A DNA stretch of 56,916 bases, taken from positions 1-56,916 of the IMG/VR virus record IMGVR_UViG_3300047553_000257; one strand, given 5' to 3'. The number at the start of each line of letters is the position of its first letter. Within the stretch, counting starts at the first letter, position 1. Position numbers and translations under genes: made by a program. This DNA is from a virus. Taxonomy: Duplodnaviria > Caudoviricetes. Of this stretch, positions 31,885 through 41,346 are shown in pieces. The notes under the pieces are model-generated. The model had not been told where the DNA came from, made no database searches, and saw only the letters and a list, made by a program, of their open reading frames with translations.

Positions 31885-33213
31885 CTACCTGCCAATCGCC
31901 TGCAGTACCTTGTTTGGATCGTATCCGCCAGATGAAGAGATGCCAGCACCTTTTAATATGGATGCGTAGTATTTTGGGTCTCTAGCCGCTCTATCGAGCA
32001 CGCCATTAATGCCTTTAACAATAGCGTCTGGATTACCACGTACTGCATTAGATGACTTTGATTCCACGTTGTCGTATGCGCGTGAGGTGTTAGATTGAAC
32101 AAACTCACGACCAACTTTTTGCATGCGCGGAAATATGATGCTGCCAATCGTGTTGCTGTCGTTGTTTTGCAGAAGCGTTACTTCCCTCTGCAACTCAGTC
32201 ATATAAGCCTGCGGGTCTGCTACTTTAATTGTGCGGTCTTTAAGACCCTTGATAGCTGACTCACGGCGGCTAATTTCAAAGCTCACCATATCTTTATATA
32301 TGTCGGGTTCTGAGGAACGAAGTGCGCTGACCAAAGATGAACGTGCCTGCGGATCATTCGTGATCTTTTGCATTGTGTTGGCAAAGACTGCCGTCTTATC
32401 AAACAGACGTGCTGCGTCCATGTTTCCGACACGCTTTTCAAGCTTGCCAGTCTTTGGATTAACCCCGACAAAGTCCATATCCAGCTTACCCTTGATCTTT
32501 GACGGGCGAATGTCCGCGATAGACACTGACCCGCGACGAAATCCAAGGCCGTCTGCAGTTTTCCCAAGATCGATGGCGGCTACGTTAAGTACGGCACGCT
32601 TCTGCTTTGGATCTCTCAACCATGAGCCAGTCGGGTCTTGCATTGCGGCAAGAAGCGCAGGAGCTCCAGCGGCAGCTCCAGCCATGCGAAGCACTGCAGA
32701 TCCTGCTTTTGGATTGTTGGCAATGGCGTTAAAGTCACTGGTTTGTACAGCACTCACCAGCATGCGGAAAGCATTACGGCTTTCGCGATCTTCTCGTTCA
32801 GCCGCAGCCTGTTGTTTAGCAAGGTTTATGCGCTCACGATCTAAACCAACCTGCGCCCATCCCCTAGCAGAAGTGTCTTTACTCGACCGAATGTTTTCCG
32901 CCTGTATCTTTGGATACCATTCATTCTGCTGCTTCTGGCCTTCGTTGTTGAGTTCAAAGCCGGTAAGCTGAGTCTGCTCAACCTTCTCCTTAAATGGGCG
33001 GCGACCAATTTCGTATTTGTTTGCTTCAAGAAGAATTTCTTGATTTTGGGCAGCACGCACATCGGCGTTTTTAGCACGCTCCTCCGCACTTAAGGCTAGC
33101 TTGCGGTTAAATGTAGTCTCCTCATCCAAACGCGCTTCATCGCGATAGGACTTCATGATCCCAAGGCCTTGACCAAGGGCGTTAGAGAAAGACTGTGCTG
33201 GATCTACTGCCAT
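31885..33213 (-). CDS. Putative internal virion (ejection) protein
   Basis: Position in the ejection cluster; N-terminal amphipathic segment then coiled coil. Confidence 0.6.
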   Translation of the reverse strand: MAVDPAQSFSNALGQGLGIMKSYRDEARLDEETTFNRKLALSAEERAKNADVRAAQNQEILLEANKYEIGRRPFKEKVEQTQLTGFELNNEGQKQQNEWYPKIQAENIRSSKDTSARGWAQVGLDRERINLAKQQAAAEREDRESRNAFRMLVSAVQTSDFNAIANNPKAGSAVLRMAGAAAGAPALLAAMQDPTGSWLRDPKQKRAVLNVAAIDLGKTADGLGFRRGSVSIADIRPSKIKGKLDMDFVGVNPKTGKLEKRVGNMDAARLFDKTAVFANTMQKITNDPQARSSLVSALRSSEPDIYKDMVSFEISRRESAIKGLKDRTIKVADPQAYMTELQREVTLLQNNDSNTIGSIIFPRMQKVGREFVQSNTSRAYDNVESKSSNAVRGNPDAIVKGINGVLDRAARDPKYYASILKGAGISSSGGYDPNKVLQAIGR

Positions 33214-33224
33214 AACTAAAAGCC

Positions 33225-33872
33225 TTAAAAGATATCGAACATGGAGTCGAGAAGAAGTGCAGCGCCTGCACCAATTAGTAGAGGCGTTGCGATTGCGCCG
33301 ATAGTAGCCATAGCGCCGGTCGCCGCTGTTCCACCTGCCGCTGCGGTAGTACCCGCCGCCGTCGTTCCTGCGGCAATGCCGGATGTCGGCGCGGTCAGCG
33401 TGCCAAGGGTTCCGGCAAGTTCACCAGCAACAGGAACAGCCCCCTCTAGAGCTACCGTAGGAACAGCCGTCGATGTAGCTTCTGCCAACAACAATTCTGG
33501 TGTGGTCGAAGCTAGTGAATTTATTCCTGTTCCGGTAATTTCAGATACTGGTATCGGGACTGACCCAAGTTGCGTACCCACGCTTGTCGCGACATCAGCA
33601 GGTGCAGACAAAACAGCTACTGGAGGTGCAGCAGCAGATGTAGCCCCAGTCCCTGCTTTAGCTGCAGCAGCTTTTGCCGCCATATAGTTGTTCACACCAA
33701 TGGATCCGCCAAGGCCTGCTCCAGTAGTCACCATGCTTGAACGCTGTGCGGCGCGAGCTGCATCAAGCTGTTGCTGTGCAGCGTTGCGGTTTGCTTCGAG
33801 TCCTGCGCTTTGCTGGAAACCAACAGACGCCTGCCCAAGAGTGTTACGGCCTACGCCAATAAGACCAGCCAT
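33225..33872 (-). CDS. Ala/Gly/Thr-rich putative pilot/ejection protein
   Basis: Low complexity with a hydrophobic C-terminus; position. Confidence 0.58.
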   Translation of the reverse strand: MAGLIGVGRNTLGQASVGFQQSAGLEANRNAAQQQLDAARAAQRSSMVTTGAGLGGSIGVNNYMAAKAAAAKAGTGATSAAAPPVAVLSAPADVATSVGTQLGSVPIPVSEITGTGINSLASTTPELLLAEATSTAVPTVALEGAVPVAGELAGTLGTLTAPTSGIAAGTTAAGTTAAAGGTAATGAMATIGAIATPLLIGAGAALLLDSMFDIF

Positions 33873-34579
33873 TATTGACCTCCTGCTGCGGTTTGCCCCG
33901 AACCAGACATGAGTGAAAGAGCACGCTCTTCATCTGCCAGACGGGCTTGGTTCATTGCGGCCACTCGACCGCCAGTAATATCATTCGAGTTTGCGATAGA
34001 TGGTCCGCTGTATTGAAGTCCGTAGCGACCCATTGAACGCTGTTGCTGACCTTGCATGTTTACGCCTGCGTTCGTTACTGACTGGTTTGCTCGAGCGATG
34101 TCAAAACCAAGATCTCTGGTATTGCGGCCATCAATTTGCCCAACAAGATAATCTTCTACGGGAGCAAAGCGGTTCAGGTAATCCTGATACTGAGCTCGCG
34201 TAACAGCAGCGCTCAAGTTTGACGCACCTTCCTTCTTGTCCATTAAGTAGTTTGCGGGATTGATGCTGCCATACGCGCTACTTGTTGGGTTATAACTTAC
34301 GTTGCCACCGTAAAGTCCACCGCCAGCACCAGTAGTGATGGTGTTTGGATTAGCCGCAGTAAAATTAGTTGTTGGGTATTCAAATTGACCATCTCCAATT
34401 CCAAAGAAGCCACGACGCACCTGATTAGGTGCGGAGCTCATCGTAACTGGAACATTATTCGATGCTGCCGCAGTAGTGCTTGCTGGCATTGGAGCAAACG
34501 ACTCATAAGTTTGCCGCATAGCTGGGGTGATATCTGCATCACCGCCCATCACAAATGCAAGGTTGTCAAAAAAGCTCAT
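33872..34579 (-). CDS. Putative internal virion protein
   Basis: Q/N/G-rich; RFAPVED motif shared with the next ORF (VFAPLED). Confidence 0.6.
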   Translation of the reverse strand: MSFFDNLAFVMGGDADITPAMRQTYESFAPMPASTTAAASNNVPVTMSSAPNQVRRGFFGIGDGQFEYPTTNFTAANPNTITTGAGGGLYGGNVSYNPTSSAYGSINPANYLMDKKEGASNLSAAVTRAQYQDYLNRFAPVEDYLVGQIDGRNTRDLGFDIARANQSVTNAGVNMQGQQQRSMGRYGLQYSGPSIANSNDITGGRVAAMNQARLADEERALSLMSGSGQTAAGGQ

Positions 34580-34582
34580 CTG

Positions 34583-35200
34583 TTATCCACCCGTTGTATT
34601 AGTGGTGCCGCTGAATGTCGGCGAAGGAGAACGTGGTCTCTGGAGCCTACTGTCTACAGCCGGTGCTGCAGCGTAACCAAGACCAGCCGACACGCCAGAT
34701 CTTATTGCGCTACTTTTATTGAAGGCAGTCTCTGCTGAGGCATTTGCCCTTTCCTGTGATTGACGAGCAAGACCAGCCATGCCTTCGATTGCGTCAGCCG
34801 ACTGTCCCTGCCCAATCGCCATCACGCCACGCAGGCCTTGATAGAAGCGATCTGTGTTGGCAACCTTTGCACCAGATACACCAAGACCCTGCCCAACTGC
34901 TTGAGCACGACGTAGAGCTGCACTGTTTTCTTGGAATGCACCAGATGATGGGTCAACGCCCTGCTGGAACATCTGATCGGTAAGCTTGTCCTGACCTGTC
35001 TGGAACTCTTTCTGGAACTGCGCAGCAGCAATGCCGCCAGCGTTCTCGTAGTTCGATTGATTGCGAACATCGAAGACCTGTTGAATGTACTGGTCCTCGA
35101 GCGGAGCGAAGACTTCCTTATACCGATTGAACCGCTGTGCAGCGATTTCAGCGAGAGCTCTTTCTTGCTCTGTCTCGTCTACTTTGGAACCTTTACCCAT
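34583..35200 (-). CDS. Putative internal virion protein
   Basis: MGKGS N-terminus; Q/A-rich helical sequence. Confidence 0.6.
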   Translation of the reverse strand: MGKGSKVDETEQERALAEIAAQRFNRYKEVFAPLEDQYIQQVFDVRNQSNYENAGGIAAAQFQKEFQTGQDKLTDQMFQQGVDPSSGAFQENSAALRRAQAVGQGLGVSGAKVANTDRFYQGLRGVMAIGQGQSADAIEGMAGLARQSQERANASAETAFNKSSAIRSGVSAGLGYAAAPAVDSRLQRPRSPSPTFSGTTNTTGG

Positions 35201-35598
35201 TACAGTTTCTTCCTATACGTCGTGCAGACATTTTGGTAACCATGTTTTTCGGCTACTCTCTTGAATCCCGCACGCGGGGAAGAGAACTCGATATAACCTG
35301 ATTCCGCAGCTTTTGCTAGCTCTTCTAGCTCTTGCTGGTGCAGGTCTATCGCATTGCCCGTTTTACTGTACGCAACGTCAACAACAAGTACGGTACGGTC
35401 CAGATACGGGTGTTTGTATTGGCTTAATACAACAAAACTCTCACTATCAAAAGAATGCATAAACAAAAATGCCTTCCCTGCCAAGAGCGCGTTATAGATA
35501 TCTTCCGGCGTCCACTCAGCGTCCGTCTTTTCGGCAACCTCAAGTAGGGCAGAAAGAACGAATTCGCGGCATTCGCGGACATCAATGCTGCTCATCAT
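35200..35598 (-). CDS. GNAT-like virion assembly protein
   Basis: LVVDVAY...LEELAK...IEFSSPRAGF pattern; typical position before podovirus ejection genes. Confidence 0.5.
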   Translation of the reverse strand: MMSSIDVRECREFVLSALLEVAEKTDAEWTPEDIYNALLAGKAFLFMHSFDSESFVVLSQYKHPYLDRTVLVVDVAYSKTGNAIDLHQQELEELAKAAESGYIEFSSPRAGFKRVAEKHGYQNVCTTYRKKL

Positions 35599-36296
35599 AG
35601 GTAAGTCACATCCACAATTAATGCTTGGCCGTTATTATCGATGGCGGCGTTGTTATCTCGAGACGCAAGTGACCGTTGATCAACCGTCAACGTCACAGAT
35701 CCGGTGTTGTTCTTCACGTATATCGATGACGTTGGTATTTCATACAGGGCTTCGCCTTGGTTATTGACGCCCAAAAACACAGATGCATCTTCCCATCCAA
35801 GTTGAGCAGATGGGATGACTGCGTAGTTTCTGCTCGCGCTTAACCCTATGGTTCCGCCGCCATAGCCACGGGTGATGTTGATCAGCTCCCTAATTGCCAT
35901 TGGCTTTGTACTGAGGCTGAAGGCAATTGCACCGGCTGGCGTGTAGATATCGAAGCCAGCGCCGTTGCTTTGCCCTTGAGTAGCAGGCTCAAACCGATAC
36001 CAGTTAATAACCGTACCAATAGGACCAAGCACCCACAGTCGGTAGTTGCGAGTAGATCCGCCCACCGGTAACCATTGGCGGCGCACATGCACACCGGCTG
36101 TGTCACAGCGGAATGCGTAGAGAGAATAAGCATCGACGGTAAACGATGCCACCACAGCGCTGCCGTATATAACTCCTTGGGCGATTATGTTGCTACTCGT
36201 CGTAACAGTCCCAGAGCCGGTGCAGTTGTAGTGAATTCCTTCGCCGTCAATTTGGATTGCGCCAGAATTGTTATAGATCGTCATCCCTGCTGGCAT
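35595..36296 (-). CDS. Tail tip accessory protein
   Basis: Duplicated G.xIYN..G...(D/S) motif; beta-rich. Confidence 0.6.
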   Translation of the reverse strand: MPAGMTIYNNSGAIQIDGEGIHYNCTGSGTVTTSSNIIAQGVIYGSAVVASFTVDAYSLYAFRCDTAGVHVRRQWLPVGGSTRNYRLWVLGPIGTVINWYRFEPATQGQSNGAGFDIYTPAGAIAFSLSTKPMAIRELINITRGYGGGTIGLSASRNYAVIPSAQLGWEDASVFLGVNNQGEALYEIPTSSIYVKNNTGSVTLTVDQRSLASRDNNAAIDNNGQALIVDVTYL

Positions 36297-36577
36297 CAGC
36301 GCACTCCGTAGATAAGTGTTCCAGATACAGGAACTGATGACCAGCTCATGGTCGATCCACTAAATGTCACAGATGGCATTGTAGTAGGGCCAGTAACAGC
36401 CTCCTCTGTCGACGGCACCCACACAAAAAAAGGTGTTCCGCTTTGCAGTAGGCTGTTTGTTGTAGAGCCAGCGGTATTTATAGTAACGGCTGCAGATCCA
36501 GCCAAGCGTCCTAGCCAGTCTCCGAGATCCACCAGCAAGCGTCCCTGATCATCCCAAACCTGCAGACCTTGCGGCAT
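36296..36577 (-). CDS. Tail tip accessory protein
   Basis: MPQGLQVWDDQGRLLVDL...LIYGVR, typical of small genes after gpJ-like tips. Confidence 0.62.
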   Translation of the reverse strand: MPQGLQVWDDQGRLLVDLGDWLGRLAGSAAVTINTAGSTTNSLLQSGTPFFVWVPSTEEAVTGPTTMPSVTFSGSTMSWSSVPVSGTLIYGVR

Positions 36578-37890
36578 TACCAGACACCCATTCGCACACG
36601 CATCGTGCCAGCAGAGTCATAGACCCTGATCTGATTGCTCTCAATCTCCAGCCTTGCACCGGTTGTTGCGGTACGAAGCAGGCCTATGTTCGCTGTGATG
36701 GCGGACAGACTGTTTGCGACAATCTTGTCTGCGTTAAGGCTAACGATCTTTGCGGACTCAATTGTGGCATCGCCGATCTTAGCATTCGTGATCGAGCCGT
36801 TTTGAATCGTTGCAGAGTCTATGTAAACGCCAGCAGGAACGCTGACGCCATTCACTATTGTCGTCGTTGTTGTAACGATGAACGGCGTCTTTGGCGGAAT
36901 GCTTGGCCCACTTGGGCTGGAGATAGAAAAGCGATCTGCGCGAACAATAAAACTTGAGAATGGCGTTGCATTGTTTGCTGTCGATGCAAGGCCAAAACCC
37001 GAGACGTATCCGTTGGTGTCTATCTTTACTGTGTACTGAGCATTGAGTCCGTTAGTCGTTGAAGTCAGCGTCTGGATTGAAGTTGTGTTTCCATTGACCG
37101 TTGAGGTCAATTGGCTGATCGACGTTGCCTGATTAGCGGTTGTTGTCTGAAGGTTAAAAATGTTGCTTTCAGCAGTTCCGGTGCGTGTACCAAGCGCAGT
37201 GATCTGCGTAGCCTGCGATGAGTTCACATCCTGAACACTTATAATGGCAGAGCCGTTTGCGGTTATCTGTGACTGCAAGTCTGTCTGCACTGCGTTAAGT
37301 CGTGCGTTTACGCTTCCTGTTAGCGTGCTCGCCCCATCAATCAGATTAATGCGAGTGCCAAGCGTTGAATAAAGCTGCGACTCCGTAATGGAACCAGTCA
37401 GTGTATCCAGAATGAACTGCGTATTTGGCAGCGTCACTCCCATCACTCCAGCAGATTGGCTTGTGGCAGACTCAATCCCGTTGTCGTTTACGTTCGAAAC
37501 CCAGTAGTAGTACGTCTTATTAGATCCAACTAAGTCCGCATAAATGCGACCCTCGATGTTTGCCAACACCTCTGCATCAGCAAAGACGTTTGTGTTTGAG
37601 CGATAGATGCGAGTGTTGCTGTGACCTACGTAGTCTACGTAGTCCCATGAAATTACGATGTTTTCGAACGCACCATCAGCCTGCAGGTTGGATGGTATTG
37701 TAGGAGCCTGCACTTGGCCTGTGGTATTACTAGTCCCGACATTGATTCCATTGCGCTCAAAGAAACCAGCGCTGCGCATGTCTGCAACGGTGACAGCATT
37801 ATCCTCAACGCTCTCAACCCTCTGGCGGACAGCCTCAAGAAAACGCCTAGTCTCCGGATCTCCCTTAATAGGAGTCTTGGGTAAGCTCAC
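36577..37890 (-). CDS. Tail tip/fibre protein with FN3-like, coiled-coil and DUF1983 (gpJ C-terminal-like) regions
   Basis: YYYWV; AQYTVKIDTNGYVSGFGL; FIVRADRF; VYIDSATIQNGSITNAKIG; RVRMGVW. Confidence 0.78.
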   Translation of the reverse strand: MSLPKTPIKGDPETRRFLEAVRQRVESVEDNAVTVADMRSAGFFERNGINVGTSNTTGQVQAPTIPSNLQADGAFENIVISWDYVDYVGHSNTRIYRSNTNVFADAEVLANIEGRIYADLVGSNKTYYYWVSNVNDNGIESATSQSAGVMGVTLPNTQFILDTLTGSITESQLYSTLGTRINLIDGASTLTGSVNARLNAVQTDLQSQITANGSAIISVQDVNSSQATQITALGTRTGTAESNIFNLQTTTANQATSISQLTSTVNGNTTSIQTLTSTTNGLNAQYTVKIDTNGYVSGFGLASTANNATPFSSFIVRADRFSISSPSGPSIPPKTPFIVTTTTTIVNGVSVPAGVYIDSATIQNGSITNAKIGDATIESAKIVSLNADKIVANSLSAITANIGLLRTATTGARLEIESNQIRVYDSAGTMRVRMGVW

Positions 37891-39566
37891 TGAAATTCCT
37901 CCGGCGACTCCGCAATCAGCACTTGGTTCACATCGTTGGAACCGGTGATGCGGAACTGGAACTCCTTTGAAAGGTAGCCAGATGGAAGGCGGAACAACGA
38001 TCCGCTTGTTACGGACTGGGTGTGCTTCAATACACCGTCTGCGTATAAATCAAACGTGACGGGATAAGCTTCTGCGTCGACAATGGCGCATGATGGGTTG
38101 ATTGGTTTTTCCATCCGCACTTCTTTTGACTGCCATATATATGGCGAAGCAGTGCCTCCATCGAACTTGCGAACGGTACTTACACCTGCAGTTTCGATAA
38201 CTAGATACAGAGCATCGTCGGCGGGATCGTTATAACCAGCCTTGGCGTAGTAATTCAGGGTGGAGATCTGTGGGTACTCACCACGACCATCAAAGACGTA
38301 GCCACCGCTCTGAGCCCCGTTCAGCCAAAAGAAGATGTACCGACCTTCGTAGTGATAGCCGTGAATGCTCGACGGGTTCAGGGCCTGCCACTGGTCGCGT
38401 GTGAAGATGCCTTCAGTGATTAGGTTAACACCGTTCTCTCCCGCCGCCACAAGCCCGTCAGGGGATGCGTACAGAGCAACCTCACCCATGTCGGCTATAG
38501 ACCTACCAGACACGCACGCTTGGTTGTTGTCGATCTCTGTAGCCGTCATTGCAGCCGGTGATGATCCAGTCATCAAAACGGGCTTACCTGTCGTCATAAC
38601 CATCAAGCCAATGCTGATGCTGGCAAGACCAACTACTCGAGACTTGGTGGTCAATGAGTAGGATTTAGGAAACGCGTGCGGAAGGTATGCTTCCGAGAAA
38701 AATACGGACCGTCCAGAGAAGCCTGCAAGAATGCCATTGGGCATCGACGTCAGCCCAAGCATGGGGCCGTCAGGGTGGTTACCAGTGTTCTCGTCAGGCG
38801 GAGGATTCCAATTGGTCGATGGAATTATTTCTCCCAGATCTTCGTCTAGGATTGCGTCTGTAGTCGACGTGGCGCTGTACGCCATATCCTTAACGAACTG
38901 GAACTCACCATTGATGTTGGTGCGATATATGCGGCGCAGCGCTGGCTTAGAAACAGTATTAAAGATGTGGGCTGGAACAGATCCCGTCATCGTTATAGTT
39001 ACAGTCTCACCCGTCTTTACTTCTATGATCCCAGATGCAGGAGAAGGCGCTGACTCTTCGCCAAGCCCTGACACCCATGTGTAGACATAGGATCGCGACA
39101 ATGCAGTGACTGTGGCGTCGGTGACTGGCGTTGTAACTACAGCGGTTGGCTGATCCGTAGGCGCAGGAACGCCAAGTTTGCGAGTTACCGAAGGCTCGTA
39201 TGTAGGCGCAACAGATCCAGTAACTTCTGTACCAATCGCCATTCGTGGGTACTGCTGGCCCGTCCAGTACAGACGGTCGTATGGATCTTCAGCAATCGGA
39301 GATGAAACAGCGTGGACGTCTGTGGTCCACACAAGCCAGTAGGAATTGTTCTGCCGGTCACGATGCTTGTAAATCGTGCGAGTGTTGTTTGGAACAACAA
39401 AGGCGACGTTGTTGTGGTCAAGTCCAGCAATAGGAGCTCGCCAAGCAGATAGACGGCCAGAATCAAAGCGTGCGTTCTCAGCAATGGTCGCCGCTGTATC
39501 CGGCAAAAGGCGCGAAGAAACTTGGGGTAACACACCACCAAATGTCTGCAGTTTGATACTAGCCAT
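37887..39566 (-). CDS. Tail nozzle/stabilisation protein (podovirus-type)
   Basis: FGGVLP..SSRLLP...A..AEN; YVYTWV...GEES.PSP; FSEAYLPHAFP; YASPDGLV. Confidence 0.72.
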   Translation of the reverse strand: MASIKLQTFGGVLPQVSSRLLPDTAATIAENARFDSGRLSAWRAPIAGLDHNNVAFVVPNNTRTIYKHRDRQNNSYWLVWTTDVHAVSSPIAEDPYDRLYWTGQQYPRMAIGTEVTGSVAPTYEPSVTRKLGVPAPTDQPTAVVTTPVTDATVTALSRSYVYTWVSGLGEESAPSPASGIIEVKTGETVTITMTGSVPAHIFNTVSKPALRRIYRTNINGEFQFVKDMAYSATSTTDAILDEDLGEIIPSTNWNPPPDENTGNHPDGPMLGLTSMPNGILAGFSGRSVFFSEAYLPHAFPKSYSLTTKSRVVGLASISIGLMVMTTGKPVLMTGSSPAAMTATEIDNNQACVSGRSIADMGEVALYASPDGLVAAGENGVNLITEGIFTRDQWQALNPSSIHGYHYEGRYIFFWLNGAQSGGYVFDGRGEYPQISTLNYYAKAGYNDPADDALYLVIETAGVSTVRKFDGGTASPYIWQSKEVRMEKPINPSCAIVDAEAYPVTFDLYADGVLKHTQSVTSGSLFRLPSGYLSKEFQFRITGSNDVNQVLIAESPEEFQ

Positions 39567-39666
39567 CTGTAAGCCTATCTGCTTACCTCCTCACCTCCGT
39601 ACATGGAGAGGCGTTAAATTAAAATTTATGCTTCATCGCTAATGATGAGCGAAAAAGCAAGTTAGA

Positions 39667-40023
39667 TCACTTCTCTACTTCAGTGACCTGTTTCCATGCC
39701 AATGTAGCTTCGTCCCAAAGATACAGCTTGCCGTCATCGGGCTTCTCTGTTGGCGCTTCCCACAGGCAGGTATCTTCGTTCAACACCCATGAAGCAAACG
39801 GTTGTGGCGCAATAAACGCATCGCGCTCTGCGTCATAAGTGTAACCGATGCCAGCGTAGTTCTTACGCAGCGGACGGCCTTCGGGATGCTGACCACCATA
39901 AGTGTTGTATGATGTCTGCACCCATAGCGATGGGTCGCCGAATGCGCCCGTGTCGATAACGTCTTGGTCAATGACCAGAACCTCTGTGACAACCCCGTGA
40001 ATAACTTTAGCGAAATGAGCCAT
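39667..40023 (-). CDS. Fibre-associated phage protein
   Basis: MAHFAK...WVQTSYN...RKNYAGIGYTYD..RDAFI.PQP..SW; follows Gly-rich fibres. Confidence 0.72.
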   Translation of the reverse strand: MAHFAKVIHGVVTEVLVIDQDVIDTGAFGDPSLWVQTSYNTYGGQHPEGRPLRKNYAGIGYTYDAERDAFIAPQPFASWVLNEDTCLWEAPTEKPDDGKLYLWDEATLAWKQVTEVEK

Positions 40024-40032
40024 ATAATATCC

Positions 40033-41346
40033 TTAGAATGCAATCGTGCCAGATGATGTAAACTTGTAAATTGTATTGCCACCAGAAGTCGTTACAACAG
40101 GAGAACCAGTTGTATAAATGGCAGCAACGGGTGATGATATAATCACAACTCCTGAACCGCCGTTTGCGTTGGAACCAGCGCCGCCTCCTGTGTTCGCGCC
40201 TCCATTTGTTCCAACGAATGCGGAGCCATTACCTCCGCCGCCAACGCCGCCCACACCCGAACCAGTTGTGTTGCCTCCAGCGCCACCGCCAGCGTAGAAA
40301 ACTGATGAGCCTGTTATCGTGCTTTCTTTACCAGCACCGCCGTTTTGTGGAAGTCCATTAGCCGAATTGACAGCGGCAGCGCCAGCGCCGCCACCACTAC
40401 CTCCCGCTAAACGAGTAAAGTCGCTTTTGTAAGAGCCAGCGCCGCCAGCATTACCAAACCCGCCAGAAGTAGATGTTGGTTGTTGCGCCGCACCGCCTGC
40501 GGCCAGCCACCAACCGCCACCTCCTGAACCACCGATAGAACCGGCTTGACCACCTCCGCCAGCGCCACCACCAATGGCAATGACGTTGTTAAAAGTGCTG
40601 TTCTGACCATTTGTTCCAGACAAATCACCAGTGCCAGTAGCGGCAGTTCCACCAGCACCGACAGCGATTGAGTAGACGGTAAGTCCTTTTAAAGTAGAGC
40701 TTCCTGTTACAAAGCCACCGCCACCGCCACCGCCTCCACCAGCACCGGCACTGCTATACCGCCCACCACCGCCTCCGCCGCCCACAAGCAGATAAGTAAT
40801 GGTGGCATCATTTGAAACAAAATCGCCAAATGTAACAACCCACGAATTTTCCGCAGTCTTTACTATTTGAATTGAACTATTGGGGGCGATTGAAGGTGAA
40901 GATAGGTTAACCGGAAAGCCGTTCGTAAAAACAGAAACGCCCGTGTTACCCAAAACTATGGAGTTAGTTCCCCTATTAACAATGGTAATCACCGCCCCAA
41001 TCTCAAACGGAACCGATGAGTTCGTCGGGATTGTGATGGTTTGTGCGCCAGTGTTAGCCGAATAGATTTGCTTGCCAGCGTCAGCCAGCACAAGCGTGTA
41101 ATTCCCTGACTGCACGTTCTGTGGATATTCCACCGCGCCTGATGGTGCTGCGCCGGACACCCAACCCGTGCCATCGCTGGTCAACACATTTCCAGCAGCG
41201 CCTGATGATGTCAGCCCAGTGCCGCCTGAAGTTGCTGGCGTGACGTTGCCACCAACCCAAACAGTGCCATCCCATATCCAAGAGCTACCATTGGCAGTGT
41301 AAACTTGGCCTACCGTTGGGCTTGCGGGAAAGTTTAATGCGGTCAT
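40033..41346 (-). CDS. Glycine-rich tail fibre
   Basis: LNFPASPTVGQ..W.WDG..W attachment motif; poly-Gly C-terminal domain. Confidence 0.78.
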   Translation of the reverse strand: MTALNFPASPTVGQVYTANGSSWIWDGTVWVGGNVTPATSGGTGLTSSGAAGNVLTSDGTGWVSGAAPSGAVEYPQNVQSGNYTLVLADAGKQIYSANTGAQTITIPTNSSVPFEIGAVITIVNRGTNSIVLGNTGVSVFTNGFPVNLSSPSIAPNSSIQIVKTAENSWVVTFGDFVSNDATITYLLVGGGGGGGRYSSAGAGGGGGGGGGFVTGSSTLKGLTVYSIAVGAGGTAATGTGDLSGTNGQNSTFNNVIAIGGGAGGGGQAGSIGGSGGGGWWLAAGGAAQQPTSTSGGFGNAGGAGSYKSDFTRLAGGSGGGAGAAAVNSANGLPQNGGAGKESTITGSSVFYAGGGAGGNTTGSGVGGVGGGGNGSAFVGTNGGANTGGGAGSNANGGSGVVIISSPVAAIYTTGSPVVTTSGGNTIYKFTSSGTIAF

